Source: Somniosus microcephalus | Lineage: Eukaryota | Direction: 5' to 3' | NCBI GenBank assembly: GCA_052327205.1 | Contig: CM126206.1 | Coordinates: forward strand, 210,304,001-210,368,000 | DNA length: 64,000 nucleotides | Shown here: positions 10,411 through 23,482 of the stretch, one piece after another | Layout: every line of letters starts with the position of its first letter | Numbering within the stretch: the first letter of the stretch is position 1 | Position numbers and translations under genes: made by a program | Notes under the pieces: generated by a model | What the model was told of the DNA's origin: nothing | Databases searched by the model: none | Seen by the model: only the letters and a program-made list of their open reading frames with translations

Positions 10411-13400
10411 TAGAGCTGCATTCTTGTGCTAAGCGCGTCTTGGTTCGGATGTGAGAGCTTGCAGGCTTTTTTCAACGCATATTTTGTTCTTTTTTTCCCC
10501 TTCCCAGCGCAGTGATTATTGCCCATGGAGCTTCAATGAATCCAAGCTTTCAGCACAGATCTCATGGCTGGCAGCTACAAATTCCTCCACGGAAGGTGGA
10601 GCATTGGATTAAAAAGCGCCGGCTCTGGTCCGCAGGGCAGTTTCCTGCAAGTCGTCACCAAACGCCGCTGGCGGAATGCGAGAGCCATTGGCCTGGGATA
10701 GAGCCGAACGGACAGCTGTCAAACTAGCACGGGCTCTGCAAACACTACACACGGCCTGTGCAGAACCCGGGGTAGACAAGGCCGGGAAATAGACTCAGCA
10801 ACAAGGTATGGCCCACTCGTCATTTTCAGCTTTGCAATACTCCAAAAATAAAAAATTGCCTTTTAAACAAATGGTTGTAAAATCCGCATTTTAAAGATGT
10901 TTAATTTGTCATAGTTGAAGGATATGATTCACAAATGCCGCCCACCTTCGGAATGTATTAACTCGAAATGTTGCATTTGTTATGCATTTATTTAAAATAA
11001 TTTGACCGTTTTCACGGGCAGCTTTCATGCATTTGAATTTTTGAAATATTTGTTTTTAAAGAGTGTGAATAATGCTTTGACGTCGCACGTTCTGGTTGAT
11101 TTGATCAACAGCCGGCTTGTTGGTTCAAAGTGTTTTGCATAAGGAACAAATGTAAAGAAGCAAAACGCATTCTTTGATCGAGTTTTTAAATGTCATACAG
11201 CGGGAACCCTGAGGATGTGTCTCATTTTAATACAGGCGTTTGCAGATTTTTATGGAAGGTGAAAAAAGCACTTATTTCAGTTGCAAATAAATAATCTGCC
11301 GGTTGCAGCGAAGACGACGACTATCTTTCACTGAACGAGTGATTATTTTCTTTTGAATCGTCGTTTTTACAACACATACTTTTCGTTTAAGATGCTATAT
11401 ATTTTTAAAATATTTTTATTATTTTCTTGGAAAATTATCTGATAGCAATCTGATGCGCGTTGCACATTAAAGACTGCTAACGTTTACCTCAGAGGCGTTA
11501 GGTCTAATTATTTGTGGTTTATTCCTGTGCTGCTGGTGTTCAAGAATGCGAAATGTTCAAAGACATCGTATTGCGGGTGTGAGCGTGCAGATTTGTCCGT
11601 TATTGTTTTTACTTAACGTGGAGGTTGTCTTTCTGACACCGACACAGTTAGTCTTGTCTGACTGGAAATGTGTGTGTGTGTGTGTATGCGTGGATATTGA
11701 TATTTGCTAACCTTTTTGGACTCGTTGCTGCCACCGTGTGTTTGGAGTGTGGACAAACTTGCGTTGATGCTGCATAGCGTCTCTTCTGGTCATGTGTTGC
11801 TGATTAAATGGTTGAGTTGCGTTCTCAAATTAACCGTTCCTTGAGTTCCTTGATTAGGCCAGTAATCAACATTTTGCTTACATAATACCTGAATGTGCTG
11901 AACTCGATTAAAGTGACATTTAGAGCGCGTTTACATTAAATTAATTGTTTAAATTTAAAACGGCTGTACGTATGAGTTTTGAACTGCGCTCAGAAAAATG
12001 ATAACCCCCCACCACTGCAGTGTGCGTTCCCTATAGTACTAAGAATATGTAAAGTCTTTGAGTGGAATATGCGTACTTCTGCAATACATCCCCACAATTA
12101 GTTATTTGGCACTCTTTGATCGTTAGTAAATAATTAATATTGATGCAAAACTTAGAAGATAAAATACGAGCGTGTTTATGGTTAGAAATAGAAAATTAGA
12201 TTTAAAAGTCAGTTTGTGATTGTTGATAAAACGGAGAGATATTGAATCCGTTCGCTATAAATTTACGAAGTCTCCTTAATTATATTCTTAAACTGTAATA
12301 ATAACCTATATTCAAGATGTCAAAGAGAGCTTTTCTAGATTTTTTCTTACTGGTGTCAGAACGAAAGAAATGTGAATTCGAATTTAACGAAGAGTTTGAA
12401 TTAACCCTGAAGTTTCAAATGTGTAACAAGAAGCAGTGTTGTCAATTAACCGAGAGTCTGCTGGACAGGCCCGTTCAGTGGTGGTAAAATATTGCAGGCT
12501 TATTTTAATCTATTAAAAATAGAACTATGAATAGCCAGAGCCTGCAAATAAAACATTCGATCATATAAACACTTCAAGGATACATTGCGGCTTTGGAAGG
12601 TGTTACAGTTACTACAAAGTAATTGAAAGATTTATAATGCTTCCTTGCACTAGTTGTAGTTTAAAAAGCGACAACTTGTTAACGAGAGATGAGCATAGTA
12701 AATGCCAGGTGGGTTGCCATCTTGAATCACGGCGTCGCATTACACAATTTCACATTGTTTTATTTCGGGAGAATGAGGTGAGTGGATTAAAAGTGTGTTT
12801 AAATGTTACTATTTTGTATAATCTGTATTGGTCAGGAAAGCCATAATGTCGTTTTAAGTTCACTAATAGCTCCAAACTGAGCCCCGGTTATACCTAATAG
12901 GCCAGGAGAGCTAAAAGTTATTTATGACTGGAATTACATCTGCTGTAACTGATTAGGCTGTAGCAGCCCTGATCACCCTAGAAACAAATAAGACTTGGCC
13001 AGAAAATCCCCTCTTATTAACGACATGATAAAATCTAATTTACATACTTGTGCATTTCACAATATTCCAACTTTCTTTGTTTTAAAAAATAATTTGACTG
13101 GCATTCTCTTACTTCAACGGTGCGAAAATTCATTACGTTAAATTCTAGATTCACGTGTTTACAATATATTATTTTATATTATCATTCGGAAGTTTTTGCT
13201 ATCTGCAAGGAAATACAAATACATCAACGGAAGGAATAAATAGCAATGAGAATATTTTAACCTTTCGCAGTCCATTTCCTAATTAATTGTAAGCTACGGT
13301 GGAAGGAAAATGAACTGATACTGTACTTTCTGAAAGTGTCATGTTAATTTAAAAAATGAATTGAAAAATATAGTATCAAAGTGTATATTAGAAATGAAAA

Positions 13401-15659
13401 AGTTCAATTTTTTCTGCGTTGTTTTCCGTCCAAAAGATAAATACAGATCAAGTTATTGTTTAATGCATTCCATGGCCTCTTCAGTTGCCATTTACCCCAC
13501 TCTGTGTGTTCATACTTTAATTATATTGCTTTGTTTTATCCAGTTTTCCTAAGACATGATGCAGCAGCAGTTGTGAAGTGGTTATTAGCCGTTTCACCTA
13601 ATTGGAAAATAATAGCTGAACGTTACACATTGCCCTTTTGTTCATCTTTCAATATCACATTTTACTATCTATATTTCGCTCATTTACACCACACCAACTT
13701 GTGAAGATTACCCGTTATAAGCGTACAGCCATTGTGAGGGCTTCAAAATCAAACCCTTGGGTTTGTGTAATGAATGTCACGAATAAACGAAAACTTAAAA
13801 TAATACGTAAAGCAACTCATAAACAGAACAGATCAACGTTGATGAGAAAACTTCGCATTTATTAAAATGTTATGTACAATAGGAAGAACAAGCACAAATA
13901 AGAAATGAAAAACATAGTAAGAGGCTTAGGACAATAACTGAGGAAAGCGGCAAGCGTCGGCCTTTCATTAAGAGGGTTCGAACTGGCATGTTCTTGCACA
14001 TTTCCCTCCATAGTTGTGCTGTATTTATACTCACACCTCGAACAGATATAGCTTTTGATTTCGGCCGGCTTTCGGTTTTTTTTTTAGTCAGTCTATAATT
14101 AGGAAAGAAAGACAGGTATAAGCTTTTAGGACTGAAAATTAACCTACTCGTGGTATATTAACAACTTCTAATCAATGAAAGAGCATCCATCCCAAATAGA
14201 CATTTTTAACATTCAAAAATGTAAAATTATCTGACTACTAAACAACCGCGTTCATCATTTCGCCTTAACTTTTAATCATTGTCCTATAATTGATATGTTT
14301 CTAGTTCGGCTATAGGTGCTGTAACAATATTTACTACAGTGCTTAAATATTTGCCCTATTTAAAATATATAAAATACTCATCATATATTTGTATTGTTTA
14401 CAGTACTCTAGTTATTTCAGTATGTGATGTAACCATTGTTGACAGGAAAGGAAACCTAACGAGATAATGAGATCTTTAGCAAGGAGCCTTGGGCTTCCGT
14501 CCTTTCACTGCGATCTGATGCCGTGCTCAGGGCGCAGTAAATGCTCTGTTATTCCAAAACACAAATGTCTCCATCGAGATGTTCAAAAATGCCTAATTAT
14601 TCCAAAAGAAACACTCCACTATTTTATGGTCGATAAAACCTTAACAGTGTGCAATTATGGAAAATCGAAGTTGGGATTTGGGGAGTATTAGCGAATTTCA
14701 ATCGCATGCAATTAAAACAACATTCTGATGGAAGGGAGTCCATATACAAGCTTATCAAGTATAAAATTGAGTCTCTGTATGTTTGCAGGCCGCTTGGACG
14801 TTTGAATAAACCTCGTAAACGTTGGTTAAATACTTTTCTCTAGAAGTACTGTGGCATTTGTATACTAAATGCACATGTATAAGCATTCATGCTTTAATGA
14901 AGAGCGCTGCTGCAATAACAATTACTCCCACACACAATTACTGTGAAATCTTTTAAAGCTGAGATATCGCGTTGCGCTCTTCTGTTGGGATTTTCTCTCT
15001 AAGATTACCAAAATTAAATCTATAAATCATCTTCCTGAATATATATTCTTATCACCACGTTCTTTCTATTTATTTTACCAGTGTGAATTTACTGAATGCT
15101 GAATGCAGGGTCTCTTGGTGTTGTGGGTCTCAGTATTTGTAGACGCTATTGTTCTTTACCGAGTTTAAAATGGACAGAGAAACATATTATGGAGAGACTG
15201 ATGTCTGATGTTTCTCAACTAGTCTACACAAGCTAACAAAAGGAATCCCGTGCCTACTAAAAGAAAAATCTAAATGGAGAGCTGAATTAATAGAATTAAT
15301 CTATTCTTACAACTGTTGTTTACCTGTCTAAACTACCCTGTACATCTACCTATAACGCACATCTACTGAACTAATGAGTTGTTGATTTATTTCTTATTAT
15401 CGTCCATTTCCTATCATCTATCTTCTAATCACTGTTGATCCAGCTATTGTTGGATATGTAATGTACAGTCATATTTCCATATGTGGGGCTATATAAAATA
15501 TGTATGCACAACTATATCCTGCAACCTAATAGTGTTCTTATTTGGCCACTAATATTCTATTAGAACCACCTCTGTTATAGTTCAGAACTGATTTGGTTGT
15601 TTGTAACTTTGCTAGCTCAGTCGCCAGATCTCCAGGGAGTTTTTTGAACCAAAGTCGGT

Positions 15660-15813
15660 TTCTATTGGCCAGAGACTGATCAGCTGGTTATATTTGCTGC
15701 TGTCGCTTTGGCGCTCGGCCATCCTGAAACAAACCACCTCGATGACTACTAATAGCTAAACCACATTGTGTACTAATACATAACAAATCATATTACTACA
15801 GAGTGTGGAGCAA
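15660..15813 (+). promoter_or_regulatory. HoxA6 proximal promoter/5'UTR
   Basis: ATTGG, CAGCTG E-box and TTATAT, followed by the leader ending GAGCAAATG. Confidence 0.6.
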
Positions 15814-16243
15814 ATGAGTTCGTATTTTGTGAACCCTACTTTCCCTGTTTCACTGCCCAGTGGCCAGGACTCCTTCCTCGGACAGATCCCACTCTATACA
15901 GCGGGGTATGATGCTCTAAGGCACTTTCCAGCTTCCTATGGGGCAACGACCCTCCAGGACAAGAGTTACTCGTCACCTTGTTATTATCAACAATCCAACT
16001 CAGTAATAGCTTGCAATCGTGCATCGTATGAGTATGGAGCTTCTTGTTTCTATCCTGAAAAGGATCTAACCAGTGTTTCGCCATCCAGTAGTGGAAAGCA
16101 TAGAGCCCAGGATGACTTTTTTTCCTCAGACCAACATTACAAAACAGATTGTGCGCAAAACAAATTTTTAAGTGAAGAAGGAAACGACCGGAAGTACAGT
16201 ACTCCAATTTATCCTTGGATGCAACGAATGAATTCAAGTTCTA
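15814..16243 (+). CDS. hoxa6: HoxA6 coding exon 1 (join 15814..16243,16449..16708; 229 aa)
   Basis: [11 protein letters not shown]...[11 protein letters not shown]; donor A|GTGAGT at 16244, phase 1. Confidence 0.96.
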
Positions 16244-16390
16244 GTGAGTATTTTTTTGTAGAAAATTATAAGAAAAAACTTCAGCTGCAGCACTTAGCTC
16301 CAACTTTACGTAAAGAGTGCATGCATATGTTAATTATTACGTTAAATGCAGCACACTTACTTGAATTGGAAAATGGAATAAAATGCTTAA

Positions 16391-16708
<318 letters not shown>

Positions 16709-18394
16709 GAGCTCGAATTCAAAAGAAGTTAGCCTGGGCCTTTCTGTTTGGTAGTGAGTTATTATGTGCTCATTCTGCTAAACAGTGCAGAAAAAATATT
16801 CGTATTTCTGTTTATTTTCGTTGTCCCTCTTTTTGAGCGTGTGTCTATGTATAAGTGCTAGAAGAAGTATTCAAATAATTCTGCATTCCATAGGATGCTA
16901 TAATTATACGGTATAGGATTAATTGTTTTTTAAATGCGAAGTGTGAATGTTTCTGCTTCTATAGTCGTTACTATGTGATGAGTTGCTCCACAAATAATAC
17001 CCCAGTTGTTTCAATGGATAGTTTTCTTCGTAGATATAATTTGACACACTTCTAATAAATGAACGTAGTAGATATGCCCATTTGCTAATGATAAATATTG
17101 TATTGTATATGTCCATATTTTACCTCAATATTTCTTTTTGTTTTTGGCTAATTAAGAGGACACGGTGTTCAATCAGATTGTTCCATGCTTTCTCTACAAA
17201 GAAAAACATTTATATTTGCTTTTGACTTGACATTCGTAGGATAAATGAAGCTAGGCTGGCAACGCTACCGCTCCTAAATTGAAATTTCGCGAATAAAATT
17301 TTCTTAAATATATATTAAATATATACAGTAATATATATATAAATAAGCTGCCCGATTTCTAAGAGTTTAGCCTTCAACTAAAGCTGCCGAAACTTTTTTG
17401 TATTAAATAAGCTGTGAAAGGAAACTTAGCACTGTGAAATTGATCGGTAGATGTCCTTGTTTCAGAGAAGAAAATAGACAGTATACGTGGTAGGAATGAC
17501 TATTTGGTTTCTGGGTCCATTAAATACGACAATTTTCACTAACTGCACAACTAAAGACGTAGCTGGACCCGCGGTTAAATTATGAAGCATTCTTCATAAT
17601 GTTTATTATAGCAATCCTAGAAACAGTATCGGACACAAAGCTCTTGTTTTGATTAAGTGAATGACTATTTGTAAAGTGGGCTCTCTATTGTTAGATACAG
17701 TAAAACCTTTCTTCCTAATCGAACCAACACAAAACTGTGTGCAAAGAAATTGTTTCCATGTAAATTAGGCACAAGACGACGTTTATTTACCAGTCGGAAG
17801 GGGGTTCTGGTTTAGCATGTACTGTGTAATAAAGTAAATTGGAACAATTTAAACGCATTTTCAATATACGTGACATGATTTTTAAGAACACGAAGATTGG
17901 TTTGATAGTTTAAGTGTGCGATAGCTTCGAAATTTCCACAAATAGGCGAAAAAACTCCAATATTATGAGCTATACGGACAAAACAGAATTTTAAAAAGCG
18001 TACCATATGAAAAGAATTGGCATTTTGATGCTGTACGATACCGTTTTCCCTCTGAACTAATCAGCGATGACAGCCAAGGCGTATGAAAAAACTCTAAACG
18101 CATAATAACTAAAATTAAATCTGATTTGTTTAAAATTCAAACAAACCAGTTACAGGAAAACCTCGAGTCCTATTTGTAACACCATTAGCGCTATCACGTA
18201 AAAAAAATCTGCGCTTGGGGATTGAACAAATGTACCATTGCCTGGCGTGGATTTTTTTTTGAAAGATGCCCTTCTCACTGGTTTATGTGGTTTATTCTAC
18301 GAAATGTAACGGTTACGTTTGAAATGTGTGGTAGCCTTAATTCGACCCGAGGCCGATTGCCCCGTTCATCAGAACCACAGGATCCATAGCCTCA

Positions 18395-18414
18395 GTCTCC
18401 AGAGGGTGGCGCGC
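18395..18414 (+). promoter_or_regulatory. CTCF-like site upstream of HoxA5 (candidate C5|6 boundary)
   Basis: CCAGAGGGTGGCGC (18399-18412), 12/14 match to the core, same orientation as the 1277 site. Confidence 0.45.
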
Positions 18415-18499
18415 AAGGACAACCCAAAGCTGCTGCTGGGAGCCGGCGGCGCGCCCCCGTGCGCGTACCCCTCGTTCTTCCTTCCACGCAACCTTCCAA

Positions 18500-18734
18500 T
18501 TTGTAGCCACAGTGCACGGATTTACCTCTAGAGGTCATCAGCGAGAATTTACGACTGGACAACAAAAGCACGTGATTCCAAGTCGTACCCCATATTTGGG
18601 CGCCTACGTAGGAGGGAACGAAGTACATGTCCCAGTCATTTCCATAATTCATCATAAATTGTGCAGGGTGCTAGACGCACAAACGACCAAGAGCCACAAA
18701 TCAAGTAAAAAATAAATAAATAAAAAAAAATCAA
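18500..18734 (+). promoter_or_regulatory. HoxA5 conserved promoter/5'UTR
   Basis: TTTACGAC, GCACGTGA (18569), CCCCATATTTGGG, CATCATAAATTGTGCA and CACAAATCAAG: the typical Hox5 promoter block. Confidence 0.8.
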
Positions 18735-18956
18735 ATGAGCTCTTACTTTGTAAACTCATTCTGCGGTCGCTATCCAAATGGCCCGGACTACCAGTTACAT
18801 AATTATGGAGATCATAGCTCGGTGAGCGAGCAATACAGGGATTCTGCAACGATGCATTCCAGCAGGTACGGCTACGGTTACAATGGGATGGATCTCAGCA
18901 TTAGTCGTCCAGCATCTAACCACTTTAATGCCAGTGAAAGATCTCGAAGCTACTCT

Positions 18957-18987
<31 letters not shown>

Positions 18988-19311
18988 GACCAGAAGCAGG
19001 AGCAGACACCAGGTACAACCAACCTGCCACATCCACTCAGTCTCCTTCACCTGACCCTCTGCCCTGCTCCGCCGTGGTCAGTCCGCCTGCCAGCGACAAC
19101 CACCACGGAATCAAAAACTCCATAGCAAGCCCAACTACCTCCTCAAATTCCAGCAGCAGTCACATCAGCAGAGATGGGGTTGGCACGTCGCCTGGTACTG
19201 AGGATGACACCCCGGCAAGCAGCGACCCTCCAAGTTCACAGAACGGGCAAAGCACAGCACAACAGCAGCCTCAGATTTACCCCTGGATGCGAAAACTGCA
19301 CATAAGTCACG
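18735..19311 (+). CDS. hoxa5: HoxA5 coding exon 1 (join 18735..19311,19780..20030; 275 aa)
   Basis: [33 protein letters not shown]...[13 protein letters not shown]; donor G|GTAAAA at 19312. Confidence 0.97.
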
Positions 19312-19745
19312 GTAAAATCCCTCCTCTCTTATCTTTGCATTAATGGAGTCCTAAATTACCCTGGATGTTGTAAATCAAAACGCTAAATATACACGCTAAT
19401 GTTTCTTAATATATCTGTAAGGGTCATCATTTTTAAGTTGCTGTTATATTTGGAACCATTTGGGTAATGGGGTATTTAGTGTTTAGTTACGTATCAGGAA
19501 TGTAAGAGTAAGTAGGAAATGATAGATAGAAAAAGGTGTGGTTAATTATGGGACAGCTTCGTCCAAGTGGATACTTCAACATTTAGTTCTAGTTAAGTTT
19601 CTAAAGTCATTTTGTTATTAACGTATAGGAAGAGCGCAAAGGTTAGCGTAGACATGCGTGTGCTAGATTTCGGTCTTCTGCTTTCAGTTCGTCTTCATGT
19701 ATTTTGTAATGTATTTCATATTCGACAATGTACTGATTGCACTAA

Positions 19746-20030
<285 letters not shown>

Positions 20031-20706
20031 TCAATAGAAGTACTGGGCAGTAGCTGACCAATTAGCATAATGTCAATACAGTACTGACTTTCAAAACTCT
20101 TTTCCCGTGTTACTTCTATGAAGAAAATCATTTCCATGTTGCTGTATTCCAATCTTTGAATCGTTAGTCTGTTTTCTGATCGTACTGTTGCCTGTACAAG
20201 TAATCTGCTTACAGTATATTGTCTAGGGGTAGGATAGCCTTGTGAATTATAGCTGTTTTAACTTATTTATATTAATACAAGCGGTGTTACTTGAAGTAAC
20301 TGTATAAAATCGTCCAGTAAAAATGTAATTATGTGTTGCACTCTGCAAAAAAATGTGTATGTATGTGTTAATGTTGCTAAATGTCAAAATAGCTCCAAGC
20401 TTGCAATACGTATTTAATTTCAGACCATCGTCCTCTGTAATTGATATCGTAGTGTTAAATCACTGAGATGCTACCTATTCTGTGTTATTAGTGAGCAGTG
20501 AATTTTGTGAAGGATATTGCGACTTTGAACTGTATGTCTATGCTGTGCCTTTGTATGACTTTGCACGAACTCCAATAAGTGGCTCTTAGCGCAGCGTCAG
20601 TGTATGTTTTTTGTGACAAAGGATAAATATAAAGCCTAAAAGACTGGCAGTTTAAGAAATTCGTGATGAGCTTTTGTATTTGTTTTTAAAACTGACTGGA
20701 AGTTAA

Positions 20707-20712
20707 AATAAA
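20707..20712 (+). terminator. Probable HoxA5 polyadenylation signal
   Basis: AATAAA about 680 nt after the stop, followed by T/GT-rich sequence. Confidence 0.55.
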
Positions 20713-21489
20713 GTTTCTATAGTAACTTTCCTGGACTTTGGCCTCTCAGATAAGTATTTCTGTTGCGTCTGTTGTCCTGTGAATTAAATTGTTTCGAATA
20801 CTTCCGTTTATCATCGTTTTAGTCCAAAACTCTCACTGAAAGCAATAAGTTTGGTCTAATCTGTACAACTTTGCACCATTCCTTCAGATGGAAGTCTAGC
20901 AGCTTGGATTTACGACAGGCAATCAAGTTGCGCAAACTTATAAAGTCGGATGTTGAATAAACATATTTCTAAATCTCTGGTTATTGGAAATGGTGGAATT
21001 CAGGAAGGATTAGTACATGCAATATTTAAACGTGGCGCTATATTGCAATCTGGTATATTTACGCAATTCGAAGTAAATGCGTTCGCCTCTTGCAGTACCA
21101 GTCCATGTGCCCTGTCTGTTGCGCACTTCAACACCGTTTGCTAAACTACACATTTCCTGCTAAAACCTAATTTCTTTGTTGTTGCTGTTGCTTTTCTTAT
21201 ACAAACCCCCTTTATAGACATAATATTTCTCGGAAACTCTATAGTGTTGGTCTGAGGGAAAAATGAACCCTGAAGCACTTCAAACACTTTGTTCCGCAGG
21301 TAGGCGTTAGTCACGTTCTCTCAGCTCCTCTACCAAAGTGTAGCGTAAACGTTTTCCAACAGGTATTTTTCACTTTATAGAGTTAACTTTACTTACCGCG
21401 TGAAGGCAGGACAGAAAATTCGCCTCTTAGTTCCTGACAGCAAGGGGGATCAGCACTTTTAGCCTTTCTGCTTACTGGGTGCTTGCTCT

Positions 21490-21853
21490 TTAAAGTTATA
21501 AACAGTAAACTTTTATACACCTCAGTTCCGGCTATATGACATTTGGGTGCCAAATGAATAGGGTTTTGTCTATGAATTAGATCGTAAAATCATCCATAGC
21601 ACAGACTGATAGCCTCACTGGCTATAAAAAATCACGTGGTGTCATTAAAGTAAGTTTTATGGTTTTGGGGAGTTGACAACCAACAGTATATTCTACATAA
21701 CATATAATCTCACTGACGCTGCACTTCATTTGGCTCCTTTGCAGATTGCGTGTGCATACAGGCCACTCAAATGGCTAATCTTCTTCTTCAGAGGACTATC
21801 CACAGCTCCACAACTCCAGTGTACAGGAAAGTTGTGTTTTCTTGCAAGACAAG
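21490..21853 (+). promoter_or_regulatory. Conserved A5-A4 intergenic enhancer/promoter with candidate non-coding first exon
   Basis: Cdx-like TTATAAA/TTTTATA, TCGTAAAA, TATAAAA, CACGTG (21633) and TTTTATGG; + strand donor ACAAG|GTAAAT at 21854. Confidence 0.6.
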
Positions 21854-23452
21854 GTAAATTTTGTTGAAATATTATTGTTACTTACTTTTCACGAGGAAAT
21901 TTGGCCCAGTAAAATGGGCCTTAAGCAGCACCCAGAGTGCACTGAGGCAGAAATGTGTCTGGGTAAACTACTGACTGGTTTCTTTCTGTGTTCATATAGA
22001 ACTTCTATTTTATAAAACAGGTAGAAAATGAATGGGTAAGGTTAGAAAAGGAAATAACTTTTAAAAGGTAGACTGTGTTCCAATTTTTAAATATTTGATG
22101 TGTTACAAGTTTTTAGAAGATACTCAATTAATTTTCATTAAAGTTTACTGGTATTGTTCAGTAACTTCATATTGTTGGGCAGAACATACTTATTTCTTTT
22201 TAAACTGTTGTGCCATTTTATTTGCTTATTTGTGTTTTGCTTTAAGGGAGTGTTATGTTTCTGTTGTGACAGGTTTCCAGTTGGCACTATTACAAAGTAT
22301 ATATTTTCAGACGTCTTCATTTTCATGTATTTTGGGAAGTTGCAGGGCACTAATACTTTAATGAGTATTGTGTAAGTGTTAGCAACTTGCTGTTACTCTC
22401 AGTGTTACAGCATAATCTCTGTCGTCACACACCAGCTTAAGGTGCACACAATTAACCACATGCATGCATTCACGCATCCAAACAATCCCCTCCTTATTTT
22501 AAATTTAAACTTTTATGGCGACAATCATCATTCTCTTCAGGACTTAAAGTACACGTGTTATAAATAAACATGTTAATGCAGAAGAACAAAAAAAACCCAA
22601 TTCAAACAGCCTGGAATGAGGTTTACGTATGATAGAAACATTGAAAGTTTTAAAAAATCCTTTGAAATACAGCCAGCGGAAGAGTTACTGTAACTTTAAA
22701 TCTGACTGTTGTAACACCAACATTGTTTTGGTGAATTGCAGGTTTCCCACAGTTGTGACTGACGAACCATAAACTTTATGACCGGTTTTTCATTCTTTGA
22801 AGCTTCCGCTAGTCTAGTGTGTATAAGGAGAACTGCTTGAAGATTTAGCGTTTCTAAACAAAAAATGCAAATTTTAATAAATGTGGAAGATGTTCCTTAG
22901 TTTCTATGGGTATTCAATGTTTCTCTATATGGACAAATCTTGTAGTATAGGAAGTAGAGATAGCAGACGGCCACACGGTTAAAAGGGATAACACGGTTGA
23001 AAGCAATTACCCTCCAGAATTTCTACTCAAAACATTCCACTGCAATTAGGTTCGTTTTACGATGTGCTATAAAGATCCAACAGTAAATAAAGGAAATCGG
23101 CCCCTGTATCAGTACAGCAGTTCCGGATCGGCCATGTCAATCGTGTCAATCTGTTGTAATTTCCTTTGTATTAGTTTACATTTAAATATGACAGTTTAAT
23201 ATATCATCTGTCCAAGTCACTTAAATACCTTTTATAACAAGACGAAACAATCTTTAGTATCACTCAGCGCTAGAGTGCCATTCAGACTAACATTGCATAT
23301 CAGTTGTAAGACTTACAATTGATTTTAGTGTAATTGCTATCCTAAACATTAATGATTGTGTTATTTCGTTTCAAATTGCACAAAGGTTTGTGCTTTCGAA
23401 ATATTTATGTTATCTCTAAAACTTTGCAGTCTAAAAATCCGAGACTCCAAAA

Positions 23453-23482
23453 GGGGGTGGGGAGGGGCGGGGGGGGGGGGGG
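23453..23482. repeat. G-run (G-quadruplex-capable)
   Basis: GGGGGTGGGGAGGGGC followed by G14, seen directly. Confidence 0.8.

Noticed and set aside
10655-10680. CTCF 6|7 site at CACCAAACGCCGCTGGCGG
   Set aside because: Poor match to the core motif in either orientation.
18795-19125. Poly-Cys and poly-Gln ORFs overlapping HoxA5 exon 1
   Set aside because: Alternative-frame and antisense readings of the GCA alanine repeat.
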